Shown here: piece by piece, positions 9,559 to 18,909 of the stretch | Position numbering within the stretch: position 1 is the stretch's first letter | How the letters are laid out: each line of letters opens with the position of its first letter | DNA from: Steroidobacteraceae bacterium | GTDB taxonomy: Bacteria; Pseudomonadota; Gammaproteobacteria; Steroidobacterales; Steroidobacteraceae | Length of the DNA: 64,000 nucleotides | Direction of reading: 5' to 3' | NCBI GenBank assembly: GCA_035275585.1 | Contig: DATEML010000013.1 | Span: forward strand, 47,983 to 111,982 | Position numbers and translations under genes: made by a program | The notes under the pieces: generated by a model | Databases searched by the model: none | Told to the model about the DNA's origin: nothing | What the model saw: only the letters and a program-made list of their open reading frames with translations

Positions 9559-11055
9559 TCACGCAATGGCGTACAGATAGTCCACGTACGAGCGCACCGC
9601 CGCGTCCAGCCCCGACACCTTCGGGTTCTGCGACTCGATCAGGAAGTATTCGTCCGGCGCATGCGCGCGCATGCCGTGGCCGAGCCCGAAGTGTCCCGCG
9701 GGCAACTTCAGCGGCGCGCCGGTGAACACGTAACCCGGCCAGGATCCGCCGCGGCGCGGCCAGTAGATCGGCTCGATCCCCGCTGCCCGATACACCTCCG
9801 ACTCCGCCTTGATCAACCGCGCGTCTACCGACGTCGTATTCGGATCGTAGCCGCCGGTGACGTTCACCTCGATGTCGCCGAAGCCGCGCTTGGCGAGATG
9901 CGCTTTGAGCTTCTCGACAGCGGCCTTGTGTGTCATGTCCGGAACGAGGCGCAAATCGAGCTTGGCCGCTGCGCGATGCGGCAGGATCGTCATGCCGCCC
10001 TGCCCCGTGTAGCCGCCCACCAATCCTTCGATGTTCACCGTCGGGCGACTGGCGAGATCCTCGAGCGCTTGTCGCCAGCTTGCGTTGCGCGCCCATTCCT
10101 TCACGCCCATCGATTTCTTCGCGGTGTTTTCATCGATACGACGTGCTGCGTCGTCGAGCATCTTCGACTCGGCCGCACTCAGCGGCCGCACGCCTTCCAG
10201 GTACCCGTCGATCGCCGGGTCGCCCTTCTCGTCGATCAGCGTGTTGAGTGCCTGCACGAGATGCCATGCGGGACTGTCGAGGCGCGCGCGATTGCTGGAG
10301 TGCACGTCCTTGGCCGGTCCGCGTCCCCATTTCTCGCCGCTCGCAACCAGCTCCAGCTCGGCGACGCCCTTGGCGCCGAGCGAGATCTGCACATTGCCGT
10401 CGAGATCCTGCGCGGCCTCGGGCATGAAGATGCCTTCGCATTTGGCGAGTGCCTCGCGCACCGGCGAGGCAAGCACGACCTGCGGAAAGTGCGGCGAGCC
10501 GATCTCCTCCTCGCCTTCCGCGACCAGCACGAGGTTGACAGGCAGCTTGCGACCGGCGCCGTGGATCGCATGCAGTGCAGCCAGGAAGGCCGACTGCGGT
10601 CCCTTCTGGTTCACGGCGCCGCGGCCCATCACGGCCTTGCCGAGGCCCGGCATGTCGACGAGGCGCGCCTCCCACGGCGGCGATGACCATTCCTCCGGGT
10701 TCGCCTGCTTCACGTCGTACATGAAATACAGGCCGAACGTGCGGCGCGCGCCGGCGTCGAGAGTGGCGAAGATGCCGGGCTGACCGTCGGTCGGGCGCTG
10801 CTCGACGTGCTGGAAACCCGCGTCGCGCAGCATGCGCATCGTGAAGTCGCAGCCTTCGTTCACGCCACGATTCTCGGCAGCGATCGACGGCTGACGTATC
10901 CACGCCTGCAGGCGCTGCACGGCTTCGTCGTGGCGCTGCTCAATCTGCTTGTAGATGGCGGCACGGTCCGACGCCGCGCCGGCGCGGCCAGCGGCGAGCA
11001 CCGCGCCGGTGGCCAAAGTGGTCCCGAGAAAGGTTCTGCGTGAGAGCGGAGTCAT
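9559..11055 (-). CDS. Tat-exported M20/M25/M40 metallopeptidase
   Basis: SRRTFLG Tat motif; MYDVKQ, RGAVNQKG, EGEEEIGS, AHAPDEY. Confidence 0.88.
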   Translation of the reverse strand: MTPLSRRTFLGTTLATGAVLAAGRAGAASDRAAIYKQIEQRHDEAVQRLQAWIRQPSIAAENRGVNEGCDFTMRMLRDAGFQHVEQRPTDGQPGIFATLDAGARRTFGLYFMYDVKQANPEEWSSPPWEARLVDMPGLGKAVMGRGAVNQKGPQSAFLAALHAIHGAGRKLPVNLVLVAEGEEEIGSPHFPQVVLASPVREALAKCEGIFMPEAAQDLDGNVQISLGAKGVAELELVASGEKWGRGPAKDVHSSNRARLDSPAWHLVQALNTLIDEKGDPAIDGYLEGVRPLSAAESKMLDDAARRIDENTAKKSMGVKEWARNASWRQALEDLASRPTVNIEGLVGGYTGQGGMTILPHRAAAKLDLRLVPDMTHKAAVEKLKAHLAKRGFGDIEVNVTGGYDPNTTSVDARLIKAESEVYRAAGIEPIYWPRRGGSWPGYVFTGAPLKLPAGHFGLGHGMRAHAPDEYFLIESQNPKVSGLDAAVRSYVDYLYAIA

Positions 11056-11234
11056 CGTCGTTGCCTCTTTGCTGGGTGCGACCGTCGCGCACAGTGCCGA
11101 CAGAACGTGATCCACGCACGTTAGCAAATACCGCGATCCAGGCGAACCGGACCCCGAGCCGGCCGGCAGTTTTTACCTGAACTGGAGCTACGCGGGCTCC
11201 AACCCGCCGGACGCTGCGCCCGAAGCCAGGTAGG

Positions 11235-11448
11235 GTCCTAGCGAAGCCTCTCAGCCGGATTCTCTACGTCGACGACGACGCGTCCATGCGCGAGTTGCTG
11301 GGGACTGCGCTCGCCAAGCAGGCGGACTTTTCCGTCGTGACGTGCGCCCTCCGGATTCGAAGCGCTGATCATCGTCGGCCAGCTGCGCCCCGATCTCATC
11401 CTCATGGACTTGGCAATGCCGCGGCTCGACGGCGTGCAAACACTCGAA
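11235..11448 (+). pseudogene. Frameshifted, truncated response-regulator receiver domain
   Basis: AKPLSRILYVDDDASMRELL..VVTCA / +1 C at about 11349 / SGFEAL..RPDLILMDLAMPRLDGVQTL; no start codon and no KP motif. Confidence 0.75.
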
Positions 11449-11503
11449 TGCCCGGGTGATCCGCTCGATGTGGAGCCGCATCTCCGATTGAGCGTAGACT
11501 GGT

Positions 11504-11521
11504 GTCAGGCTAAAGCCTGAC
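11504..11521. repeat. REP-like palindrome
   Basis: GTCAGGC-TAAA-GCCTGAC. Confidence 0.65.
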
Positions 11522-11528
11522 AACAACA

Positions 11529-12452
11529 ATGCGCACGTGGCTTCGTAGAACTCTCATCGCTCTCGCGGTAGTGCTCGCACTCGCGGGCGCGGCCTACTAC
11601 TGGCTCGTCGTCGAGAGCCACATGCCCCGCGACGCCGCATACACGCTCGACCTCGAGCGCGTCCGCGCGGCGGCCACTGAAGTGCCCGGTGACAAGCCCA
11701 CCTCGATCGAGGTCGAACAAGTCGCCGTCTTCACGTTCCCCGCCACGGGCGTCGTCGCCGGCGACGGTTGGGACGGAACCGCGCTGCCGGTCTACTCCTA
11801 CCGACTGATCTATCCGGACAACAGCTCGATCATCGTCGACACCGGGCTGACCGCAGACATGGGCGGCAGTGCGCTGACGAGCTTCGACGCGGCAGCGCTC
11901 GAAAGAGTGCAGGCAGCAATGTCCACGGCGACGCAGATCGTCATCACGCACGAGCACATGGACCACATCGGCGGACTCACCACGCACGCGAATCTGTCGA
12001 CGGTGCTACCGAAGACGAGACTCACGCGTGAGCAGCTGTCTCATCCGGAGCGGAGCCTGCCAGCGAAGTTTCCGGACCATGCGCTCGACGGCTATCAACC
12101 GCTCATCTACGAGCAGTACCACGCGCTCGCGCCAGGCGTCGTACTGATCAAGGCGCCGGGACATTCGCCGGGCAGTCAGATGGTCTACGTGCAGACGGCG
12201 AACGGCACCGAGCTGCTGTTGATCGGCGATGTCGCCTGGCACTTCCGCAACATCGAGCTGCAGCGCGAACGCGCGCGGCTCATGACGATGCTGTTCCTCA
12301 AGGAAGATCGGACTGCAGTATTCGGCCAGCTCGCCGCCCTGAAGCGACTGCACGAAACGCAGCCGGCCGTTCACGTCGTGCCGGGCCACGATGGCCCGGT
12401 CGTCGATGCGCTGGTCGCCGCGGGAATTCTGAAGCGCCGCTTCAGTCCTTGA
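11529..12452 (+). CDS. MBL-fold metallo-hydrolase with N-terminal membrane anchor
   Basis: THEHMDHIGG (HxHxDH), GHSPGS, GDVAW, PGHD. Confidence 0.88.
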   Translation: MRTWLRRTLIALAVVLALAGAAYYWLVVESHMPRDAAYTLDLERVRAAATEVPGDKPTSIEVEQVAVFTFPATGVVAGDGWDGTALPVYSYRLIYPDNSSIIVDTGLTADMGGSALTSFDAAALERVQAAMSTATQIVITHEHMDHIGGLTTHANLSTVLPKTRLTREQLSHPERSLPAKFPDHALDGYQPLIYEQYHALAPGVVLIKAPGHSPGSQMVYVQTANGTELLLIGDVAWHFRNIELQRERARLMTMLFLKEDRTAVFGQLAALKRLHETQPAVHVVPGHDGPVVDALVAAGILKRRFSP

Positions 12453-13389
12453 GATCGCGGAAGCGATCGGTCGCCGCCACGAGCTGGCGGCGAATGCCCG
12501 GCTCCGTCGCGGCATGTCCGGCGTCCGGCACTATCGCGAGCGTCGCTTCCGGCCACGCCGCTGCCAACGCGAGCGCCCCCTCGACGGGGCACAACATGTC
12601 GTAGCGTCCGTGCACGATCACGCCGGGCACGTGTCGGAAGCGTGGCGCGGCGTCGATGAGCTCGTTCTCCTTCATGAAGCACCGATGCTGGATGTAATGT
12701 GCTTCGAGCCGCGGCATCGCGAGCATGTTCGCGCGCGCCGGCTCCGCGACGGGCGGCAACAGCGTTGCGCAACTCGTCTCGTAGCGGTCCCAGGCGATCG
12801 CGGCCGGCATGTGCACAGCGGGATCCGGATCCATCAGCCGTCGCAGGTACGCGCCCAGCAGATCGGCGCGCTCCGCGGGCGGAATGTGCTCGACGAATGC
12901 CTGCCAGTACTCCGGGTAGATCAGCCGGATCGGGCCGAACCACCAATCGATGTCGATCTGACGGCACAGCCAGATTCCGCGCAGAACCAGCGCACGACAC
13001 GCCTGCGGATGAGCGGCCGCGTACGCCAGCGCGAGCGTCGAGCCCCACGAGCCGCCGAACACGACCCAGCGGTCGATGTCCAGATGGCGGCGCAAGGTTT
13101 CGATGTCGCTCACGAGATGCTGCGTCGTGTTTTCGTGCACGCTCGCCGCCGGCGTCGAACGCCCGGCACCGCGCTGATCGAACAGCACGATCCGATAGAC
13201 CGCCGGATCGAAGAACCGCCGATGCGTCGGGTTGCAGCCGGCGCCCGGGCCGCCGTGCAGGAACACCGCCGGGCGGCCGGAAGGATTGCCGCACAACTCG
13301 TAGACGAGACGATGCCCGCCGGAAACTTCGAGCACGCCGGTTTCGTACGGCTCGATCGACGGGTAGAGATCGCGAAGCATTTCGGTCAT
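12442..13389 (-). CDS. pip: Prolyl aminopeptidase (proline iminopeptidase)
   Basis: LYPSIEPY, FLHGGPGAG, DQRGAGRS, GGSWG nucleophile, GRYDMLCP, AGH. Confidence 0.93.
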   Translation of the reverse strand: MTEMLRDLYPSIEPYETGVLEVSGGHRLVYELCGNPSGRPAVFLHGGPGAGCNPTHRRFFDPAVYRIVLFDQRGAGRSTPAASVHENTTQHLVSDIETLRRHLDIDRWVVFGGSWGSTLALAYAAAHPQACRALVLRGIWLCRQIDIDWWFGPIRLIYPEYWQAFVEHIPPAERADLLGAYLRRLMDPDPAVHMPAAIAWDRYETSCATLLPPVAEPARANMLAMPRLEAHYIQHRCFMKENELIDAAPRFRHVPGVIVHGRYDMLCPVEGALALAAAWPEATLAIVPDAGHAATEPGIRRQLVAATDRFRDLKD

Positions 13390-14534
13390 GCGAGAAGCTC
13401 CTGCAAAGACGTGACGAGGCGCTCGAGGTCCGCCGCCGTGCTGTGCAGATGCGGGGACACGCGAATGTTGCTGCCGCGAGCGCCTACATATACATCACGC
13501 GCGGCAAGCGCGCTGAACAGATCCGGCCGCAACGTGCCGGGCGCCGTCAGCCCGATCATATGCCCGACGCGACGCGCCGGTTCCATGCATGCGAGTCCGA
13601 GCGCAGGCGCCCGCGACGACAGCTCACGCGTCCACTCGCTCAGCTGCTGCTGAACGCGCGCTGGCGTCCACTCCGCAATCTGCGTCAGCGCTGCGAGCGC
13701 CATCGGCAGCAGGTAGAACTGCGCGGACTCGCCCTGATTGAAGCGCTGCGCGCCCGGCTGGTACTCGCTGGTGTAGTCGGCCAGAGTCGCGAAGTTGTCG
13801 GCGCCTGCGCGATTCAGCCACGACTCTTCGAGCGGCGTGCCGTTCGCGTGCCAGCGGTCGGCGACATACATGTAGCCCAGGCCGTACGGCCCGAGCAGCC
13901 ACTTGTAGCCGACCGTAACCAGAAAGTCCGGCCGCACTTCGGCGACGTCGAACGGATAGGCGCCCAGCGATTGGCTCGCATCGACGACCAGCGCAGCGTC
14001 GTGGCGGCGAGCCATCGCAGCGACGCGAGGCAGATCGATGAGCATGCCGTTCGTCCAATGACAGTTCGAGACCGCCACGACTGCGGTGCTCCGATCGATG
14101 GCAGACACGATCGCGTCCGTCATGCTCTCCTTGCCTCGCGCGACTGCCGTACGGATTTCGGCGCCGCGCTCGCGAGCGAGACGATGCCAGCTGTAGTAGT
14201 TGGACGGATACTCCTGGTCGACGACCACGATGTTCTCGCCCGACGCGACGGGCACATTGCGCGCAGCGACAGCGATGCCGTAGCTGACGGACGGCACCAG
14301 AGCGACACAATCGGCTCGCGCGCCGATCAGCGATGCAAACAGCGCGCGCAGGCGGCGGGCGTCCTCGAACCAGTCCGCCGTGTGAATCTGCCACGGCGCT
14401 GCCATCCTTTCGACCGCAGCGTGCCCCGCCGCGTTCACAGCATGCAGACGTGGGCCGAGACTCGCTGAGTTCAGATAGACGACGGCATCGGTAACGGCGA
14501 AGAGACTGCGCGATGACTGGGCGCCGGAGAGCAT
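13386..14534 (-). CDS. Aminotransferase class V, PLP-dependent
   Basis: YLNSASLGP, VDASQSLG, GYKWLLGPYG (PLP lysine), IRVSPHLH. Confidence 0.9.
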   Translation of the reverse strand: MLSGAQSSRSLFAVTDAVVYLNSASLGPRLHAVNAAGHAAVERMAAPWQIHTADWFEDARRLRALFASLIGARADCVALVPSVSYGIAVAARNVPVASGENIVVVDQEYPSNYYSWHRLARERGAEIRTAVARGKESMTDAIVSAIDRSTAVVAVSNCHWTNGMLIDLPRVAAMARRHDAALVVDASQSLGAYPFDVAEVRPDFLVTVGYKWLLGPYGLGYMYVADRWHANGTPLEESWLNRAGADNFATLADYTSEYQPGAQRFNQGESAQFYLLPMALAALTQIAEWTPARVQQQLSEWTRELSSRAPALGLACMEPARRVGHMIGLTAPGTLRPDLFSALAARDVYVGARGSNIRVSPHLHSTAADLERLVTSLQELLA

Positions 14535-14627
14535 GGTGCGTCCCTGTTGCTGCGGGAAGGAAGGGCGAGCATGATGCTCGCAAATCGCCTGTTTCTGAAG
14601 AGCGAAAACCAACCGGCCTCAGCCCCC

Positions 14628-15407
14628 ATGAGCTTCCGAACTGTCTGCGCCGCGTTCGCTCTGGTCCTGGCTGCCTGCGGCGGCGGCTCCGGCGACACGC
14701 AACGCGGCGGTGCCACGTCCGGCCCGCCGCCCCTCACTGCCGATATCTCGCTGCTGTTCATGGGCAACAGCCACACGTCCTTCAACGACCTCACGAAGAT
14801 GGTCGCGGACATGGTGCGCGCCGGCAAGCCGGGCAAGACCGTCGCCTCGGTCGAAGCACCTGGGAACATGTTCCTCGAAGAGCGGCTGCACGACGGACCG
14901 ACGATGACTCTGCTGCGCAGTCAGAACTGGAGCTTCGTGATCCTGCAGGCGCAGAAATACAGCAGCAGCGGCCAGTTCGAATACTCGACAGAGGAAGCGA
15001 AGGAGCTGGTTCGCATCAGCCGCGAGCAGCACGCGGTGCCGGTGATGTTCCCCGAGTGGCCGCGCAAGGACATCGATGAGACGCAGCGCATTTACGACCT
15101 GCACGTATCGATCGCCCAGGCGGAGCCCGCCTGCGTTGCGCCGATCCCGCAGGCATGGGACCTGGCGTTGGCTCGCAACCCTTCATTGACGCTGCATGCC
15201 TCCGACGGCAATCACTCCGCGCCAGCCGGTGCGTTCCTTGCTGCCTTGGTGCTGTACGCGACGATCACCGGGCTATCGCCGCTCGATGTGCCGCCACTGC
15301 CGCAGTATCCCGTCGCCGTGTCGCTGCAGGAAACGCTGCGTGGCATCGCCGCGGAAACCGTACAGACGGTGCCGCCGCGGATGTGGTGCCCGGGAGATAC
15401 GATCTGA
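14628..15407 (+). CDS. SGNH/GDSL-like hydrolase lipoprotein
   Basis: Lipobox LAAC; FMGNSH block I; DGNHS (DxxH). Confidence 0.7.
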   Translation: MSFRTVCAAFALVLAACGGGSGDTQRGGATSGPPPLTADISLLFMGNSHTSFNDLTKMVADMVRAGKPGKTVASVEAPGNMFLEERLHDGPTMTLLRSQNWSFVILQAQKYSSSGQFEYSTEEAKELVRISREQHAVPVMFPEWPRKDIDETQRIYDLHVSIAQAEPACVAPIPQAWDLALARNPSLTLHASDGNHSAPAGAFLAALVLYATITGLSPLDVPPLPQYPVAVSLQETLRGIAAETVQTVPPRMWCPGDTI

Positions 15408-15530
15408 GGGGGCCGAGGGCCTTCTTGACCGCACATATATATTAGCGAATAGCGGGCTCCGTGGGCAGACTGCCGCGCGCCGCCGAATTCCGCTAAAAAG
15501 CGCGCCCGGATCGACTACCAGGTGCGCCGC

Positions 15531-16651
15531 ATGCCGCAACGGCCGATCGACGACGCTCCCTCGCGTCTGCTGCAAACCCTGCAAGACAATCCAGCGCTTC
15601 CTGCGCTGTTGCGTGACCTGCAACCAGCGGCCCTCGCACGCCTGGTCGATCGCGTCGGGCTCAACGATGCCGGCGAGCTGATGGCGCTCGCACCCACGCA
15701 CAAGCTGCTGCAGGCCCTGGATGAGTCGCTGTGGAAGAGTCCGCAGCCAGGCGTCGCGGGGGTTTTCGACGCCGCGGAGCTCGTCGACTGGCTCGAAGCC
15801 TGGAACGAGATCGCGATACGCTGCAGCCGGTCGGCTCGTGCGCATTCTACGGTCCTTACATGGTCGTGCCGGCGATCGAAGACGAATGGGAGATCGTACG
15901 CACATCACTCGATGCGCTGTGGACCGAGCGCCCGGAGTGTCTGCTGCACACCCTGGGAATGCTCGACGGCGCCGAATCGATGCTCGCCGCGCAGGAAGGC
16001 CGCCGACGACTCCAGATCGACGTCGCACGCGAGCGCGAGCGCCTTCGTGAGAATCGTGGTTACGTCACTGCGACCGGCGCGAGTGCATTCCTCGTGTTCG
16101 TCGCGACTGCCAGCATCGAAGAGCTCGCAGCGTTGTCTGCGTATGACGAAGAGACTCGCAGACACCTCGCCGCCTTCGGTGCATCCGACGTCGAGGACAC
16201 AGCGGACGAGGATGCAACCGAGTCGTCGCCGGACACGACAACAGTCGAACACATGCACGAGCTCCGCACAGCGCTCGAGCGCGAGGAGCTGCTGATTCCG
16301 CAGAGCACGCTGCTGCTGACCGACCAGCAGACCCGCAAGCATCACGCTCTCACGCAGGCACTCAGCGAGCTCGCGGAAACTGATCAAGCGGCATTCGAGC
16401 GCTGCGCGCGGGAATTGGCGTATCTCGCCAACGTGCTCAAGGTCGGCGTTCACGCCAAGGGAGCACCGATGTCGGATACCGACGCGCGCGACACCGCCTA
16501 CGCCGCTTGCGACCTCGGCCTCGAGCTGGCACGCGAGCGAGGTCTGGATGTGCGTCTTGCGCAGGAACCGGGGTTGATCCGCTTGTTCGCGCTCGGGTGG
16601 CGCATGCAGCGCGACGTCAGCCGGTCGCGGCAACCGAAACGCGCGCGATGA
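15531..16651 (+). pseudogene. DUF6178-like gene broken by a frameshifting junction near 15810-15820
   Basis: Frame A ..VGLNDAGELMALA..LWKSPQPG..WLEAWNEI continues in frame B FYGPYMVV..RERERLRENRGYVT..LFALGW; no single ORF covers both halves. Confidence 0.6.
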
Positions 16652-18890
16652 GCTCGCTCAGGATCGCAACGTCGACCGGCTTGACCATGTAGGCATCGAA
16701 ACCCGCCTGCGTGCCACGCTCCGCGTCTTCGCGGCTGCCGTACCCGGTCATCGCAACGAGCATGACCGGACGCCGCGCTCGCGACCGGACCGCGCGTGCG
16801 ACACCGTAACCATCGAGATGCGGCAGGCCGATATCGATCAGTGCGATGTCGGCCTGTTCACGCAGAATCGTATCGACCCCTTGCAGACCGTCACTCGCCT
16901 CCAGCACCTCGTGCCCTTCCATCTCCAGCAGCACGCGCAGGCCGGAGCGAACGTCCTCGTTGTCCTCGACGAGCGCGATGCGCCGACGCGTGGCGCTGCG
17001 CGGGGTGGCTGCGGTTTCCAGCGCTTCGGCCGGCGCCTCGATCGCCGGCAACTGCACGATGAACTCGCTTCCCTTGCCGGCGCCTTCGCTGCGCGCCTCG
17101 ACGCGGCCCTCGTGCAGCTCCGCGATCCGTCGTACCAGGGTCAGGCCGATGCCGAGGCCGCCTTGCGAGCGATCGAGCGCACGCTCGCCCTGCACGAACA
17201 GATCGAAGATGCGCGGCAGCAGCTCCAACTCCAGGCCGAGGCCTGAATCCCGCACGCTGAATACTGCATTGCCGCTGGTCCGCCGTACCGACACCTCGAT
17301 CCGCCCCGGCGGTGGCGTGTACTTCACGGCGTTGGTCAGCAGATTCGTGACCACCTGGTCGATGCGCGTCGGGTCGGCGTTCACCCACACGGGGTCGAGC
17401 TGCGTGCTGCACTCGTGACGCTGCAACTGGCCGGTATTGCGCAACGTGTCGACCGTGTTACGCACGAGCTGCGCGAGGTCGATCGGCCGGCGCTCGAGCA
17501 CGATCTTGCCCATCATGACGCGCGCCGCGTCGAGCAGATCGTCGGTCAGTTTGCCGAGATGACGCACCTGACGGCGAATGATGGCTTTGGCGTGCTGCTC
17601 CACGTCCTTGCGCGGCGTCTGCTCCGAATGCTGCAGCACCTGCGCGGCCGTAGCGATCGCTGCGAGCGGATTGCGCAGCTCGTGGCCGAGCATCGCGAGA
17701 AATTCGTCCTTCGTCTTGTTCGCCAGCTCCGCCGCAAGCCGGGCGTTCTGTTCGAGCAAACGGGCGTGACGCTCGCTGTGCAAGAGCTTCTCACGCTCGA
17801 TGTGTGCGCTGAGGAGTGCGAGCATGGCCTGACGGATTTCCGGCAAATCCGTCTCGGGCAGCATCGGCGCTTCGCCACGTGCGACCGATGCGGCGGCACG
17901 TTCGAGTTTGCGCATCGGCCCGGTCACGGTGCGTCCGGTGAAGAACGCGGCGCCGAGCCCGAGCAATACCGACGCGAGCATCGAGCCCCCAAGCACGACG
18001 TACGAGCGAATGACCGGTGCATCGACGATCGCCGTCGGAATCCCGATCGCCGCCGACCAGCCGCTTTCGGCCGAGCGACGATAGACGGTGTAGACGCTTG
18101 CGCCCTCGAGCGTGGTCGTCACACCCGACGCGCCCTCGCTGTCGCGCGCGAGCATCGTCAACAGCGTTTGCGAAGGCGGCTTTCCCACCCACGACGCCTG
18201 GTTGCGCGTGCGTGCGACGACGATGCGTCGACCATCGAGCACGACAGCGGTGGCGCCTTCCGGCAGTACGTGGCGCTTCACGATCTCCAGCACGGCCTCG
18301 GGCCGCAACACGGCGGTCAGCACATACGGAATCGAGTCGCCTTGGCGAACCGGCAGCCGTACCGCGAAGACGTACATCTTGAGCACGGGGCTCCAGATGA
18401 GATTGCCCACGCCCGGCACGCCCGCGCGCACCGTCGCCTCAACGGCGCCAGGGTCGACGGCGCGCGGCAAGGGCGAGCCGAACGGCAGACGCGCATTCAT
18501 CAGGTGCTGAGAGGTCGGGTCGGACAGAACGATGTTCGCCCAGGACGGGCGTCGCTCGAGCAATGCACGAGCCTCCACGTAGAACCCGGCGAAATCCCGC
18601 ACGCGTAGTCGGGGGCTGGCCGCGAGCGCATCGAGCGCCGCGAGCGAAGTCCTCAGCTCCGCATCCACTGCGGCGATCACGGAGCGCATCGTGTTCTCGG
18701 CGGCCTGGATCTGCTGCCGTCTCTGCGCCTGGGCGTTGTACAGCAGCGTGGCGAACGACAGCAGGACCAGCGGCAGCAGCCCGGCGACGACGATCCAGAA
18801 CAGCCGCCGCTCGAGCGGACCGAGCGCAATCGTCCGCCGCAACCCAGTGAGCGGGCGAGATGCAACTGTCGCGACTGGAGCGTCGTTCAT
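16617..18890 (-). CDS. Hybrid sensor histidine kinase/response regulator (Cache-HAMP-HisKA-HATPase-REC)
   Basis: Two TM segments; KDEFLAMLGHELRNPL; NLLTNAVKY; DSGLG; GLGIGL; C-terminal VEDN..DIGLP..KP. Confidence 0.93.
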   Translation of the reverse strand: MNDAPVATVASRPLTGLRRTIALGPLERRLFWIVVAGLLPLVLLSFATLLYNAQAQRRQQIQAAENTMRSVIAAVDAELRTSLAALDALAASPRLRVRDFAGFYVEARALLERRPSWANIVLSDPTSQHLMNARLPFGSPLPRAVDPGAVEATVRAGVPGVGNLIWSPVLKMYVFAVRLPVRQGDSIPYVLTAVLRPEAVLEIVKRHVLPEGATAVVLDGRRIVVARTRNQASWVGKPPSQTLLTMLARDSEGASGVTTTLEGASVYTVYRRSAESGWSAAIGIPTAIVDAPVIRSYVVLGGSMLASVLLGLGAAFFTGRTVTGPMRKLERAAASVARGEAPMLPETDLPEIRQAMLALLSAHIEREKLLHSERHARLLEQNARLAAELANKTKDEFLAMLGHELRNPLAAIATAAQVLQHSEQTPRKDVEQHAKAIIRRQVRHLGKLTDDLLDAARVMMGKIVLERRPIDLAQLVRNTVDTLRNTGQLQRHECSTQLDPVWVNADPTRIDQVVTNLLTNAVKYTPPPGRIEVSVRRTSGNAVFSVRDSGLGLELELLPRIFDLFVQGERALDRSQGGLGIGLTLVRRIAELHEGRVEARSEGAGKGSEFIVQLPAIEAPAEALETAATPRSATRRRIALVEDNEDVRSGLRVLLEMEGHEVLEASDGLQGVDTILREQADIALIDIGLPHLDGYGVARAVRSRARRPVMLVAMTGYGSREDAERGTQAGFDAYMVKPVDVAILSELIARVSVAATG

Positions 18891-18897
18891 CGGCGTG

Positions 18898-18904
18898 TAT
18901 TCTA
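18898..18904. promoter_or_regulatory. Overlapping bidirectional -10 elements
   Basis: TATTCT on + (6 nt before ATG 18910) and TAGAAT on - (8 nt before ATG 18890) inside a 19-bp intergenic gap. Confidence 0.5.
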
Positions 18905-18909
18905 GGCGT

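Noticed and set aside
15805-15825. Programmed ribosomal frameshift joining the two DUF6178-like halves
   Set aside because: No slippery heptamer, homopolymer run or obvious stimulatory hairpin.
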